Shown: positions 1 through 8,646, numbered from the stretch's first letter. The stretch is 64,000 bases of DNA from Actinomycetes bacterium (GCA_038322045.1 JBBQFP010000007.1:21924-85923), one strand, 5' to 3'. Made by a program: numbers and translations. Notes: generated from the sequence alone by a model not told the origin.

Positions 1-580
1 TGGGTCGGCCGGTGGTTCCCGAGGTGTAGATGAGGGTGGCCAGCGAGTCGGTCGACAGGGTGCTCCGCGCGTGCGTCAGCGCCTCGTCGCCGATGTCGGT
101 GCCGAGCGCGACGAGCGTGTCGATGCCGCCCTCGTCGATCGTCCACACGTGCCGGACGTCGGGCGCCGAGGAGCGCACCGCCTCGACCGAGTCGCGGTGC
201 GAGACGGCCTCGACGACGACGGCGACGGCGTCGGAGTCGGCGAGGATCCACTGGAGCTGCTCGTCGGAGGACGTCTCGTAGACAGGGACGACGACGGCAC
301 CGGCGAACCAGATGGCGTAGTCGACGAGGGTCCACTCGAAGCGGGTCCTCGACATGAGGGCGACCCGGTCACCGGGCTCGATGCCGGCCGCGATGAGGCC
401 CTTGGCGACGGCGCGAACCTCGGAGAGGAACGTCGCCGCGGTGACGTCGGCCCAGGCACCCTGAACCCGGCGGCTCAGCAGCCGTCTCGCGGGCTCGTCC
501 CTGGCCCAGTCGGTGATCATGTCGGTGAGTGCAGCCGAGGGCTCCACCACGACGCGGGCGGGAACGGTGTACTCGGTCAC
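1..580 (-). CDS. AMP-dependent long-chain acyl-CoA synthetase/ligase, N-terminal part (gene runs off the window start)
   Basis: Minus-strand translation from GTG (578-580) reads VTEYTVPARVVVEPSAALTDMI... and reaches the AMP-binding signature LIYTSGTTGRP at nt 49-2, in frame. GGAG-like SD upstream. Absent from the ORF track because it is open at the edge. Confidence 0.8.
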   Translation of the reverse strand, partial: MTEYTVPARVVVEPSAALTDMITDWARDEPARRLLSRRVQGAWADVTAATFLSEVRAVAKGLIAAGIEPGDRVALMSRTRFEWTLVDYAIWFAGAVVVPVYETSSDEQLQWILADSDAVAVVVEAVSHRDSVEAVRSSAPDVRHVWTIDEGGIDTLVALGTDIGDEALTHARSTLSTDSLATLIYTSGTTGRP

Positions 581-648
581 GGCGGTCTCCTCAGGAGGTC
601 AGGTTCACACGGACGTTACTTGCCAGTCACCTCGAGGGCCAGAGCCTG

Positions 649-1140
649 GTGCGGTTGGAGGCGCGGCACGCGAGACTCGAGGGCGTGCCTGGAAGCGAGC
701 AGCCCTCCGTCGACGTCGCCGAGGAGGTCTTCCTCGTCGCCGACCACGCGGTGGTCGCAGCAGTGGTGGGGGACCCCGAGCGCTGGCTCACGTGGTGGCC
801 GGAGCTGCGGTGCGAGGTCTACCGCGACCGCGGTCTCAAGGGCCGCCAGTGGCGGGTGACCGGGGCCCTGCACGGGACGGCCGAGGTCTGGCTGGAGCCG
901 GTGCGCGACGGCGTCGTCCTCCACTGGTTCCTCCGGGCCGAGCCTGCGGCCCCGATGAGCCTCCGTCGGCTCGCCCGGGAGCGGGACCGGTGGGTCGCCC
1001 GGTGGACGAGCGCCGTCGCTGCCCTCAAGGACGAGCTCGAGCGGGGGCGCGCCGTCGGGGAGCCGAGGCTCACGGCGGGGCCGGGACTGCTCAAGGCCGG
1101 GGCCCGGCCCGCCGATGACGACGAACGTGGACGCCGCTGA
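649..1140 (+). CDS. SRPBCC (polyketide cyclase/dehydrase-like) family protein
   Basis: Part of ORF 529..1140. Core ...VADHAVVAAVVGDPERWLTWWPELRCEVYRDRGLKGRQWRVTG..AEVWLEPVRDGVVLHWFLR is typical of the SRPBCC fold. Start set at in-frame GTG 649 because the upstream part is Arg-rich junk; the start is uncertain. Confidence 0.5.
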   Translation: MRLEARHARLEGVPGSEQPSVDVAEEVFLVADHAVVAAVVGDPERWLTWWPELRCEVYRDRGLKGRQWRVTGALHGTAEVWLEPVRDGVVLHWFLRAEPAAPMSLRRLARERDRWVARWTSAVAALKDELERGRAVGEPRLTAGPGLLKAGARPADDDERGRR

Positions 1141-1540
1141 CCTCGACCCGCGCTGCCCCTCGTGCAGCGCGCGGGTGCTCGGGTCCGCGCAGTGGTGCAC
1201 CCTGTGCTTCGCCGACCTGCGCCCGGCCCCGGCACCAGTGCCGCAGCAGGTGCTCGAGCCGCGGCCGCAGCCGCGACCTGCGCCAGGCGGAGACCTCTCG
1301 TCCGAGCCGCTGATGTGGCCCGAGGCGGGTGCCGCGCCGGGGACCGTCGTCGGGCTCGACCCGGTGCTCGTCGCCGGGATGCTCGCCGAGCTCGCGGTCC
1401 AGCAGCCCCGCGACCCGGTGCTCGCCCTCGCCGCCTCCGTCGGCACCCCCGCCCGCAAGGTGCTCCTCGCCGGGCTCGGGATCCTCGCCGTCGCTGGGCT
1501 CATCCTCCTCGCCTCGCTCCTGGCCGCCCTCGGCTCCTGA
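1115..1540 (+). CDS. Zinc-ribbon protein with a single extreme C-terminal TM helix (tail-anchored topology), hypothetical
   Basis: ORF 1115..1540. N-terminal CPSC-x12-CTLC zinc ribbon, Pro-rich linker, and a terminal hydrophobic stretch VLLAGLGILAVAGLILLASLLAALGS ending at the stop codon. Confidence 0.55.
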   Translation: MTTNVDAADLDPRCPSCSARVLGSAQWCTLCFADLRPAPAPVPQQVLEPRPQPRPAPGGDLSSEPLMWPEAGAAPGTVVGLDPVLVAGMLAELAVQQPRDPVLALAASVGTPARKVLLAGLGILAVAGLILLASLLAALGS

Positions 1541-1672
1541 GGCCGGCTGCCGACCGGCAGGCCTGGGCTGGGCCGACGCGATAGCCTCGCCGTCGATGCG
1601 GCGCACGGTGCGCCGACGATGCTCGCCCGGCGGCGCACGCCTTCGGTGGACGAGGAGACGAGGGCACCAGCC

Positions 1673-2110
1673 ATGGCCGACCAGACCGAGTCGCGGATCC
1701 TGATCGCGGCCCCGGCCGTCGAGATCATGGCGGTGATCGAGGACTTCGAGGCCTACCCCGAGTGGACCGGCTCGGTGAAGCTGGCGCAGGTCGAGGGCCG
1801 AGACGCCGAAGGCCGCGCCGAGAAGGTCCGCTACGTCCTCGACGCCGGCGCGATCAAGGACGACTACACGTTGCTCTACGCCAGGCCCTCGACCTCGGTC
1901 CTGCGCTGGTCGCTCGTGCGCGGCACCATGCTCCGCGGGCTCGACGGTGTCTACGACCTGCGCCAGAACGTCGACGCGCGGAGCACCGAGGTCTACTACC
2001 GCCTCACGGTCGACGTGAGCATCCCCATGATCGGGATGATCAAGCGCAAGGCCGAGAAGGTCATCATCGACACGGCGCTCAAGGAGCTCAAGAAGCGCGT
2101 CGAGGGGTGA
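1673..2110 (+). CDS. SRPBCC family protein (cyclase/dehydrase, CoxG-like)
   Basis: ORF 1619..2110 trimmed to ATG 1673 (MADQTESRILIAAPAVEIMAVIEDFEAYPEWTGSV...), with GAGGG SD 8 nt upstream. Confidence 0.7.
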   Translation: MADQTESRILIAAPAVEIMAVIEDFEAYPEWTGSVKLAQVEGRDAEGRAEKVRYVLDAGAIKDDYTLLYARPSTSVLRWSLVRGTMLRGLDGVYDLRQNVDARSTEVYYRLTVDVSIPMIGMIKRKAEKVIIDTALKELKKRVEG

Positions 2111-2115
2111 GTCCT

Positions 2116-3300
2116 GTGCGCGTCGTCATGTTTACCGGCAAAGGCGGGGTCGGCAAGACGACCGCAGCCGCCGGCACGGCCGCGCTCGCCGCTCGTCGGG
2201 GTGTGAAGACCCTCGTCGTCTCCACGGACGCGGCGCACTCGCTCGCGGACGCGCTCGAGGTGAGCGGCGGCGAGGAGCCGGTCGAGGTCGCACCGTCGCT
2301 CTTCCTCGCCGAGGCCGACCCCCGGGCACTCGTCCTGCGCAGCTGGGACGGGCTTCAGCAGTACCTCGTCTCGATGCTCTGCGCCGCCGGCGTCGACCCG
2401 ATCGCCGCTCACGAGATCACCGTCCTCCCGGGCGCGGAGGAGGTCCTCGCCCTGCTCGCCGTGCGCGACCACGTGACGTCGGGGCGCTTCGACCTCGTCG
2501 TCGTCGACTGCGCCCCGACGGCGGAGACGCTCAGGTTGCTCGCGTTGCCTGAGGCCATCGACCACTACGTCGGCCGCCTGCTCCCGCTGGACTCCGCTCT
2601 GGCGAGGGCGTTGCGTCCGACGGTCGGTCGGGTCACCGGCATGCCTCTCCCGGCGCAGCAGGTGCTCGTTGGCGCGGCACGGCTGCGCGACGAGCTCTCT
2701 GGGGTGCGCGAGGTCCTTCGCGCACCCTCGACCTCCGTGCGCCTCGTCCTCACGCCCGAGCGCGTTGTCGTCGCCGAGGCCCGACGAACGCTGACGACGC
2801 TCAGCCTCCACGGCTACGTCGTCGACGCGGTCGTGGCCAACCGGGTGTTCCCCGACCGCGGGGCAGACCCCTGGCGGCGCCGGTGGGTCCGTGCCCAGCG
2901 CGAGCAGCTCGCCCTCGCCGACGAGGCGTTCGCTCCGGTGCCCGTCCTGCGCGCGGCGTACGCCGAGGTCGAGCCCAGCGGGGCCGAGCAGCTCGCCGAC
3001 GTCGCCGAGGCGTTCTACGGCGACCTGGATCCGCTGGCCGAGCCAACAGGAGCCACACCGGTCAGCGTGATCCGTGACGGCGACGGGTTCCGGCTTGAAG
3101 TCGCCCTCCCCTTCACCGACCGGTCCGAGGTCGAGCTGGCACGCCGCGGAGACGACCTCATCCTCGGCGTGGGGCCACGTGCGAGGGTCCTGTCGCTGCC
3201 GAGCGCGCTGCGCCGCTGCGTCGTCACCGGGGCGGCGTTCTCCGACGGCAGGCTGCGCGTCTGCTTCGAGCCCGACCCAGCCCTGTGGCTGACACCGTGA
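2116..3300 (+). CDS. ArsA/Get3-family ATPase with C-terminal HSP20-like domain
   Basis: In frame inside ORF 1762..3300, GTG 2116 with GAGGGG SD. Deviant Walker A MFTGKGGVGKTT, then VVSTDAAHSL and VVDCAPT. C-terminal GFRLEVALPFTDRSEVELARRGDDLIL resembles the ArsA HSP20-like domain. Confidence 0.85.
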   Translation: MRVVMFTGKGGVGKTTAAAGTAALAARRGVKTLVVSTDAAHSLADALEVSGGEEPVEVAPSLFLAEADPRALVLRSWDGLQQYLVSMLCAAGVDPIAAHEITVLPGAEEVLALLAVRDHVTSGRFDLVVVDCAPTAETLRLLALPEAIDHYVGRLLPLDSALARALRPTVGRVTGMPLPAQQVLVGAARLRDELSGVREVLRAPSTSVRLVLTPERVVVAEARRTLTTLSLHGYVVDAVVANRVFPDRGADPWRRRWVRAQREQLALADEAFAPVPVLRAAYAEVEPSGAEQLADVAEAFYGDLDPLAEPTGATPVSVIRDGDGFRLEVALPFTDRSEVELARRGDDLILGVGPRARVLSLPSALRRCVVTGAAFSDGRLRVCFEPDPALWLTP

Positions 3301-3635
3301 CGACACCTGGCGAGCCGGTCGGCAGCCTCGCCGACGAGGCCGCCCGCTTCGCCGAGGCGATCGGGGCGTGGGGTCGGGCGCGCGCCGCCACCGCAGGGGA
3401 GGCGTACGAGGCAGCCCCCGGGGCCGAGGGCGGCGGCTCGTGCCGGTTCTGCCCGCTCTGCCAGGGGCTCGAGCTGCTCCGAGGGGCTCGGCCCGAGGTC
3501 TACGCCCACCTCGGCGACGCCGCGATGTCGCTGCTGGCAGCTGCCCGCGAGGCCCTCGGCGAGGCGCCCCGGGCGGCAGGCGCGCCGGCACCCTCGCCCG
3601 AGGGGCCGCCGGTCCAGCGCATCGTCGTCGACTAG
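3285..3635 (+). CDS. DUF5304-like protein (CxxCxxC motif), overlaps the ArsA stop
   Basis: ORF 3285..3635, GTG start. An alternative GTG 3297 forms a GTGA overlap with the ArsA stop. Motif SCRFCPLCQGLELLRG. I recall this family downstream of ArsA-like genes in actinobacteria. Confidence 0.6.
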   Translation: MADTVTTPGEPVGSLADEAARFAEAIGAWGRARAATAGEAYEAAPGAEGGGSCRFCPLCQGLELLRGARPEVYAHLGDAAMSLLAAAREALGEAPRAAGAPAPSPEGPPVQRIVVD

Positions 3636-3657
3636 CCCTCCCGCAGGCCGTGACGTG

Positions 3658-3701
3658 CGCGGGTGCGGCGTCCACGGTTCCCCCTGACGCGCGCACCCGC
3701 G
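3658..3701 (+). terminator. Stem-loop with perfect 10-bp stem (CGCGGGTGCG / CGCACCCGCG) between DUF5304 and glk
   Basis: Arms at 3658-3667 and 3692-3701 are exact reverse complements around a 24-nt loop. No U-tract. A TAGGGT -10-like hexamer follows at 3707-3712. Confidence 0.35.
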
Positions 3702-3765
3702 GCCACTAGGGTCTTCGGCGGGTGATCCGCATCGGCGGGGAACGCCCCCGAGAGGAGACACCCTG

Positions 3766-4713
3766 ATGGCACTGACGATCGGCGTGGACGTCGGCGGCAC
3801 CAAGGTGGCCGGAGGCGTGGTCGACGACGACGGCCGGATCCTCGCCGAGGTCCGCCGCGCGACGCCGTCGAAGGACGCCGTCGGGGTCAACAGCACCATC
3901 GAGGCCGTCGTGCGCGAGCTCGCCGAGGGGCGAGAGATCTCCGCCGTCGGGCTCGGTGCCGCCGGTTTCGTCGACGCTGCCCGCTCGACGATGCTCTTCT
4001 CGGCCAACGTCTCCGGCTGGCGCGACGAGCCGCTGCGCGAGGACATCATGGCTCGCACCGGGCTGCCGGTCGTCGTCGAGAACGACGCCAACGCCGCCGC
4101 CTGGGGTGAGGCCCGCTACGGCGCCGGCAGGTGGCACAGCTCGCTCGCGTGCGTCACCGTCGGCACGGGCATCGGAGGCGCCGTCGTCATCGACCGTCGG
4201 CTCTACCGGGGTGCCTTCGGCATCGGTGGCGAGTTCGGCCACATGCGTATCGAGGTCAACGGACGTCGCTGCGCCTGCGGCCGCCGGGGCTGCTGGGAGC
4301 AGTACGCCAGCGGGTCCGCGCTCGTGCGTGAGGCTCGCGAACGCGCCAACGAGGACCGCGAGGGGGCCTCGATCCTGCTCGACCTGTCCAGCGACGGAAC
4401 GCCCGAGGGCATCATCGGCCCGATGGTCACGGCTGCCGCCCAGCAGGGCGACCCGGTCGCCGTGGCGTCCTTCGACGCCGTCGGCCGGTGGCTCGGCTAC
4501 GGCATGGCCGACCTCGCCTCGGTCCTCGACCCGGCCTGCTTCGTCATCGGCGGAGGGGTCTGCGAGGCCGGCGACCTGTTGCTCTCTCCGGCGCGCGAGG
4601 CCTACGAGGCGAACCTGCCCGGCAGCGGGTACCGGCCGCACGCGGAGATCGTCCTCGCCGAGCTCGGCAACGCCGCCGGCATCGTGGGCGCTGCCGACCT
4701 CGCGCGTCAGTAG
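3766..4713 (+). CDS. glk: ROK-family glucokinase
   Basis: ORF 3766..4713. MALTIGVDVGGTKVAGGVVDD..., VVVENDANAAAWGE, and the zinc motif CACGRRGCWEQYASG. Strong resemblance to Streptomyces GlkA. GAGGAG SD 8 nt upstream. Confidence 0.9.
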   Translation: MALTIGVDVGGTKVAGGVVDDDGRILAEVRRATPSKDAVGVNSTIEAVVRELAEGREISAVGLGAAGFVDAARSTMLFSANVSGWRDEPLREDIMARTGLPVVVENDANAAAWGEARYGAGRWHSSLACVTVGTGIGGAVVIDRRLYRGAFGIGGEFGHMRIEVNGRRCACGRRGCWEQYASGSALVREARERANEDREGASILLDLSSDGTPEGIIGPMVTAAAQQGDPVAVASFDAVGRWLGYGMADLASVLDPACFVIGGGVCEAGDLLLSPAREAYEANLPGSGYRPHAEIVLAELGNAAGIVGAADLARQ

Positions 4714-4721
4714 GGGCCGAC

Positions 4722-5471
4722 GTGGTGCCCGTCAGGGACGTCGCGGCCGAGGGGCGCTCGCCGGGGGACGGCTCGGCCCTGCGGGTCGTCACGTACAACA
4801 TCCGTCATCAACGCGACGACCCCGTGGCCCTCGTGCGGGTCCTGCGGGCGCTGGCCCCCGACGTCGCGCTGCTCCAGGAGGGGCCCCGCGGGCCGCGCTG
4901 GCGTGCGCACGTCGCCGCACTTGCCCGAGACACCGACCTCCTCGTCTGCACCGGCGGACCCTGGGCGGGGTCCAACCTCGTCCTCGTCGCCATGCGGGTC
5001 CAGGTCCGCTGGGCCCACGACCTGCGCTACCCGGTGCGCCACCGGCTCCAGCCGCGCGGAGCCGCCGTCGCGGGGCTGCGGGTGAGCGGCCGGGACCTCG
5101 TCGTCGCCTCGACGCACCTGTCCCTGGACGCGGCGGAGCGCCCCGGCAACGTCACCGCGCTCACGTCGTTCCTCGCGCAGCAGGGAGCCGGGGCGAGGGC
5201 CGTCGTCGCGGGCGACCTCAACGAGCCGCCCGACGGACCCTCGTGGCGCGGGCTCGCCGGGGTCGGCCTGCGTGACGCCTGGTCGCTCGCCCCCAGAGGC
5301 GGTGAGCTCACGTTCTCCGCGCGCAACCCTCGGCGGCGCATCGACGGGGTCTTCATCTCCAACGGCATCGCCGTCGCGGGCTGCGGCACTCCCGCGGGGG
5401 AAGGGCTCGACACCGACGTCCGGGGCGCGTCGGACCACCTCCCCGTGGTGGCCGACCTCACGCTGCACTGA
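4722..5471 (+). CDS. Endonuclease/exonuclease/phosphatase (EEP) family protein
   Basis: ORF 4488..5471 trimmed to GTG 4722, just after the glk stop. LRVVTYNIRH near the N-terminus and SDHLPVVADL at the C-terminus are EEP hallmarks. Confidence 0.75.
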   Translation: MVPVRDVAAEGRSPGDGSALRVVTYNIRHQRDDPVALVRVLRALAPDVALLQEGPRGPRWRAHVAALARDTDLLVCTGGPWAGSNLVLVAMRVQVRWAHDLRYPVRHRLQPRGAAVAGLRVSGRDLVVASTHLSLDAAERPGNVTALTSFLAQQGAGARAVVAGDLNEPPDGPSWRGLAGVGLRDAWSLAPRGGELTFSARNPRRRIDGVFISNGIAVAGCGTPAGEGLDTDVRGASDHLPVVADLTLH

Positions 5472-5493
5472 CCCCGGGGGCGCGCCTGCCCTC

Positions 5494-5578
5494 CCTGGCG
5501 ACGCCCGCGCGCCCCGCACGCCGCGCCTCTCCTGCCCGCCCCTGGCGACGCCCGCACGCCGCGCCCCTCCTGCCCGCC
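5494..5578. repeat. Imperfect tandem direct repeat, 47 + 38 nt
   Basis: CCTGGCGACGCCCGC occurs at 5494-5508 and 5541-5555. It is followed by ACGCCGCGCC(T/C)CTCCTGCCCGCC at 5518-5540 and 5556-5578. Copy 1 carries a 9-nt insertion. Confidence 0.8.
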
Positions 5579-5671
5579 GATCTACGTCTGGACGTTGATC
5601 CACGGGCGTGTTGAGCAACATCTGGACCTAGATCGGCGACACGTCAGATCGGCGGCAAGTGGCCGGGCGGG

Positions 5672-6898
5672 TCAGGCGCGCGAGTAGCCCTCGACGAGCT
5701 CGTGGGCGAGCTGCTCGAGGAACAGCCCGATGTCGGTGACCACGCCCTCGGCCTGGGCGCTGCCGCGGTCGGCGAGCTTCGTCACGGTCGCGGGGTTGAT
5801 GTCCACGCACACGAGAGGGATGGACGCGGGCAGGATGTTGCCGGTGGCGATCGAGTGCAGCATCGTCGCCACCATGAGGGCGAAGCCGACGTCGTGGAGC
5901 TGCGCCCGCATCGCCCGCTGCCCCTCGATGACGTCGGTGTAGACGTCGGGCAGCGGCCCGTCGTCGCGGACCGACCCCACGAGGACGAACTCCCGACCGT
6001 GGGTGACGAGGGCGTGCATGACCCCGCCCGTGACGAGGCCCTGCTCCACCGCGCCCGCGATCGACCCCGCGCGGCGGACCCGGTTGATCGCACGGATGTG
6101 GTGCTCGTGGCCGTGCTCGACGCCTGAGCCCTTGGACAGGTCGACGCCGAGGGAGGTGCCGAAGATGTTCGCCTCGATGTCGTGGGTCGCCAGCGCGTTG
6201 CCGGCGAAGAGGACGTCGACGTAGCCGGCCGCGACGAGGGCCTCGACAGCCGGGGAGGCACCGGTGTGGATCACCGCCGGACCAGCCACCCAGAGGATCC
6301 GCTTGCCGGCGGCTTTGACCTCACGCATCTGGTCGGCGATCTGGCGGACGAGCAGGGCCTGCGGCTTCTCCGAGCTGACGACGGAGTTCATGAACTCGAA
6401 CCGGTGGCCGTCGGCCTCGGCGGTCGCCATCGGGACGACCTTGACCCCGGTGGCGCCGCAGACGATCTCCATCCCGGCGAGGACGTCGCTGACCGGGATG
6501 GTGCGGACCTGGGTGCCCTCGACGACGATCCCGCAGTCCATCTCGGGGTGCTCGACGCGGACCCAGCGCTCGTCGACCCGCACGAGCGTCTCGAGGTTCG
6601 TCGTCGAGTAGAACTCCTCGGGGAACACGCCGTCCCGCTCAGCGGGCCGGGTGACGAGCTCGCCGGGGTGGGCGAGGTTCGCGCCGTGGACCTGCAGCCG
6701 GTTGAGCAGCCGCGCCAGGCTCTCGGCGTCAGCGTGACTGACCGAGATGAGTGCGCTGGACTCGTCGTGGCTCGTCCGCCCGACGTCGAACCGGTCGATC
6801 CGGTAGTCGCCGGAGGCCTCGAGGATGTCGCCGAGGACCTTGGCGAGGATGCCGGAGTCCATGAGGTGGCCACGCAGCTCGACGGTGTCGCTCAGCAC
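5672..6898 (-). CDS. LOR/SDH-domain (TIGR00300-type) protein, possible ornithine cyclodeaminase-like enzyme
   Basis: ORF 5672..7159 trimmed to GTG 6898 (VLSDTVELRGHLMDSGILAKVLGDI...), with GAAGGA SD. The long conserved body ...ILWVAGPAVIHTGASPAVEALVAAGYVDVLFAGNALATHDIE... matches my memory of the family. Confidence 0.7.
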   Translation of the reverse strand: MLSDTVELRGHLMDSGILAKVLGDILEASGDYRIDRFDVGRTSHDESSALISVSHADAESLARLLNRLQVHGANLAHPGELVTRPAERDGVFPEEFYSTTNLETLVRVDERWVRVEHPEMDCGIVVEGTQVRTIPVSDVLAGMEIVCGATGVKVVPMATAEADGHRFEFMNSVVSSEKPQALLVRQIADQMREVKAAGKRILWVAGPAVIHTGASPAVEALVAAGYVDVLFAGNALATHDIEANIFGTSLGVDLSKGSGVEHGHEHHIRAINRVRRAGSIAGAVEQGLVTGGVMHALVTHGREFVLVGSVRDDGPLPDVYTDVIEGQRAMRAQLHDVGFALMVATMLHSIATGNILPASIPLVCVDINPATVTKLADRGSAQAEGVVTDIGLFLEQLAHELVEGYSRA

Positions 6899-6981
6899 GC
6901 AGGTTCCTTCTCTCGGTGGAGCCAGGGGGATGGACCGGCGCCACGAGGGGCCGGGGCCGGCAGGTTCGGGGTGGTGCGAGG

Positions 6982-7740
6982 TCAGACGACGGCGCCGTCG
7001 TCCGGGTCGTCGTCGCGGTTCGGCCGTTCCTTCATCCGCGCGACGAGCGTGGCGAACCCACCGAGGGTGGCGGCGACGACGAGCAGGCCGGCCCATCCCC
7101 CGAGCGGGTGACCGGCCAGCGCCGCGACGACGAGGAGGACGGGCCCGCCGACGAGGCACCCCCAGGCGATGTTGCTCACCCTGTCGCCGCGGGGCAGCGG
7201 CGGTGGGGGTGGTGGCACGAAGTGGTCCTGGGGGTCCTCGGGCGCGGTGCTCAGCGGCCGGGGCTCGGGAGCCGTCGTCGCTCCCCAGGTGTCGTGGGGC
7301 GCCGCCGTCTCGCCTCCGGTCGGGTCGCCCCCGGGAGGAAGGTCCTCGAGGGCGGACCAGGCGCCGACCGGGTCCTGCGGGCCGTCGAAACCCGCGACGA
7401 TCGTCGCGAACTCCGCCTCGACGTCCATGTCTGCCGGTAGCGAACCGGACGCCTGCACCCGCGCCTCGTCCTGCTCGGCGTGCAGGGCGGGCAGGTGGTG
7501 GAGCATGAGCAACCGGGCCTTGTCGAGGTCGTCCTGCCCGACGAAGACCCGGTCGCTGGGCCGGGAGGTGACGGGCGTGCTCAGCGGCACGGGCAGGGGG
7601 CCCTCGGTGCTCGCGTCGGCGTAGGCCGCGACCCCGGCGTCACCGAGGACCTCGACGAGCCGGTCGGCGAGCACCGGGTCGAGGTCGGCAAGCCGGGTCC
7701 AGCTCGAGCCCTGCGGCAGCCCGTTGTCACGCGCCGCCAT
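6982..7740 (-). CDS. Hypothetical membrane protein (soluble N-domain, acidic/Pro-rich linker, C-terminal TM pair)
   Basis: Tail of ORF 6982..8808 starting at ATG 7740 (MAARDNGLPQGSSWTRLADLDPVLADRLVEVLGDAGV...). PPPPPPLP linker, then hydrophobic IAWGCLVGGPVLLVVAALAG and WAGLLVVAATLGGFATLV. Confidence 0.6.
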   Translation of the reverse strand: MAARDNGLPQGSSWTRLADLDPVLADRLVEVLGDAGVAAYADASTEGPLPVPLSTPVTSRPSDRVFVGQDDLDKARLLMLHHLPALHAEQDEARVQASGSLPADMDVEAEFATIVAGFDGPQDPVGAWSALEDLPPGGDPTGGETAAPHDTWGATTAPEPRPLSTAPEDPQDHFVPPPPPPLPRGDRVSNIAWGCLVGGPVLLVVAALAGHPLGGWAGLLVVAATLGGFATLVARMKERPNRDDDPDDGAVV

Positions 7741-7742
7741 GC

Positions 7743-8501
7743 TCAGCCCCTCGCCGCCGGAGCCAGGCGCGTGACGAGCTCGAGGCTCCCGGCGAAGATC
7801 GCCGGCGCGTCGCGGTCGAGGGGCGCGACGTGGTAGCTGTCGTGGCAGAGCCGCTCCTCGACGTCGCTCGAGCCGACGTGCGCGAGGAGGTACCCGCTGT
7901 TCGAGGGCTCGACGACGTGGTCGGAGGGGGAGCGGAAGAGCAGGAGCGGCTGGTCGACCTTGGGCAGGTCGGCCTTCGTCAGCTGCCACAGCTCGGTGAG
8001 GGAGTGCAGCGCCCGCAGCGGCGTGCGGTCGTATGCCGACTCCACGACGTCGGGCATGGCGATGTCGCTGGCGATCCCGGGCAGCGACGGGAGCACTCGG
8101 TGCAGGACCGGCAGCAGCCGCATCCGCCAGTCCTCGCTGTGCAGCGCGGGGTTGACGAGCGCGAGGCCGTCGACGTCGTCGTGGCGCTCCTCGGCCAGGC
8201 GCAGGGCCAGCGTGCCGCCCATCGACAGGCCCATGACGACGACGGTCGAGCACCGCGCGGTGAGCTCGTCGAGGGATCGCGACACCTCGGCGTACCAGTC
8301 GCTCCAGCGGGTGCGATTGCACTCCTGCCACGTCGTGCCGTGACCCGGCAGCCTCGGCACCCGGACGGTGAGACCGGCCTCGGCCAGGTGCTGCGCCCAG
8401 GGCAGCATCGACGCGGGGGTGCTGGTGAAGCCGTGGCAGAGCAGGGCGCCGACCTCGCCGCCGTCGGCCGTGAACGGCTCGGCGCCTGGCATCAACGGCA
8501 C
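7743..8501 (-). CDS. Alpha/beta hydrolase (carboxylesterase / monoacylglycerol lipase-like)
   Basis: ORF 7743..8555. Start chosen at GTG 8501 (GAGGAG SD 5 nt upstream). GLSMGG nucleophile elbow, HGFTSTP near the N-terminus, C-terminal His in SYHVAPLD. Confidence 0.75.
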   Translation of the reverse strand: MPLMPGAEPFTADGGEVGALLCHGFTSTPASMLPWAQHLAEAGLTVRVPRLPGHGTTWQECNRTRWSDWYAEVSRSLDELTARCSTVVVMGLSMGGTLALRLAEERHDDVDGLALVNPALHSEDWRMRLLPVLHRVLPSLPGIASDIAMPDVVESAYDRTPLRALHSLTELWQLTKADLPKVDQPLLLFRSPSDHVVEPSNSGYLLAHVGSSDVEERLCHDSYHVAPLDRDAPAIFAGSLELVTRLAPAARG

Positions 8502-8617
8502 GGGAGCTCCTCGGTCGTGCGGGCACGGGGTCGTCGGTCGGGGTGCTGCCCGCATGGTCGCACGGGCCGTCGCCCCCGGTACAGACGACCCGGGGCCGCC
8601 GCGCGACGATCACCACG

Positions 8618-8646
8618 TTGCTTCGCCGTGGCCGCGTGCCTAGGGT
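8618..8646 (+). promoter_or_regulatory. Sigma-70-type promoter for plsC-like gene: -35 TTGCTT, 17-nt spacer, -10 TAGGGT
   Basis: TTGCTT at 8618-8623 and TAGGGT at 8641-8646, 40 nt upstream of GTG 8686. TAnnnT -10 hexamers are typical of actinobacteria. Confidence 0.4.

Noticed and set aside
3701-3713. GCCACT-containing segment upstream of glk as a possible B12-box / cobalamin riboswitch
   Set aside because: Only a 6-nt resemblance, with no surrounding conserved cobalamin-riboswitch elements. The context (glucokinase) is also wrong. TAGGGT here is better explained as a -10 hexamer.
5494-5578. Possible CRISPR-like or REP array
   Set aside because: There are only two adjacent imperfect units with no spacers. 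There are no cas genes, and I noticed no further copies in the window.
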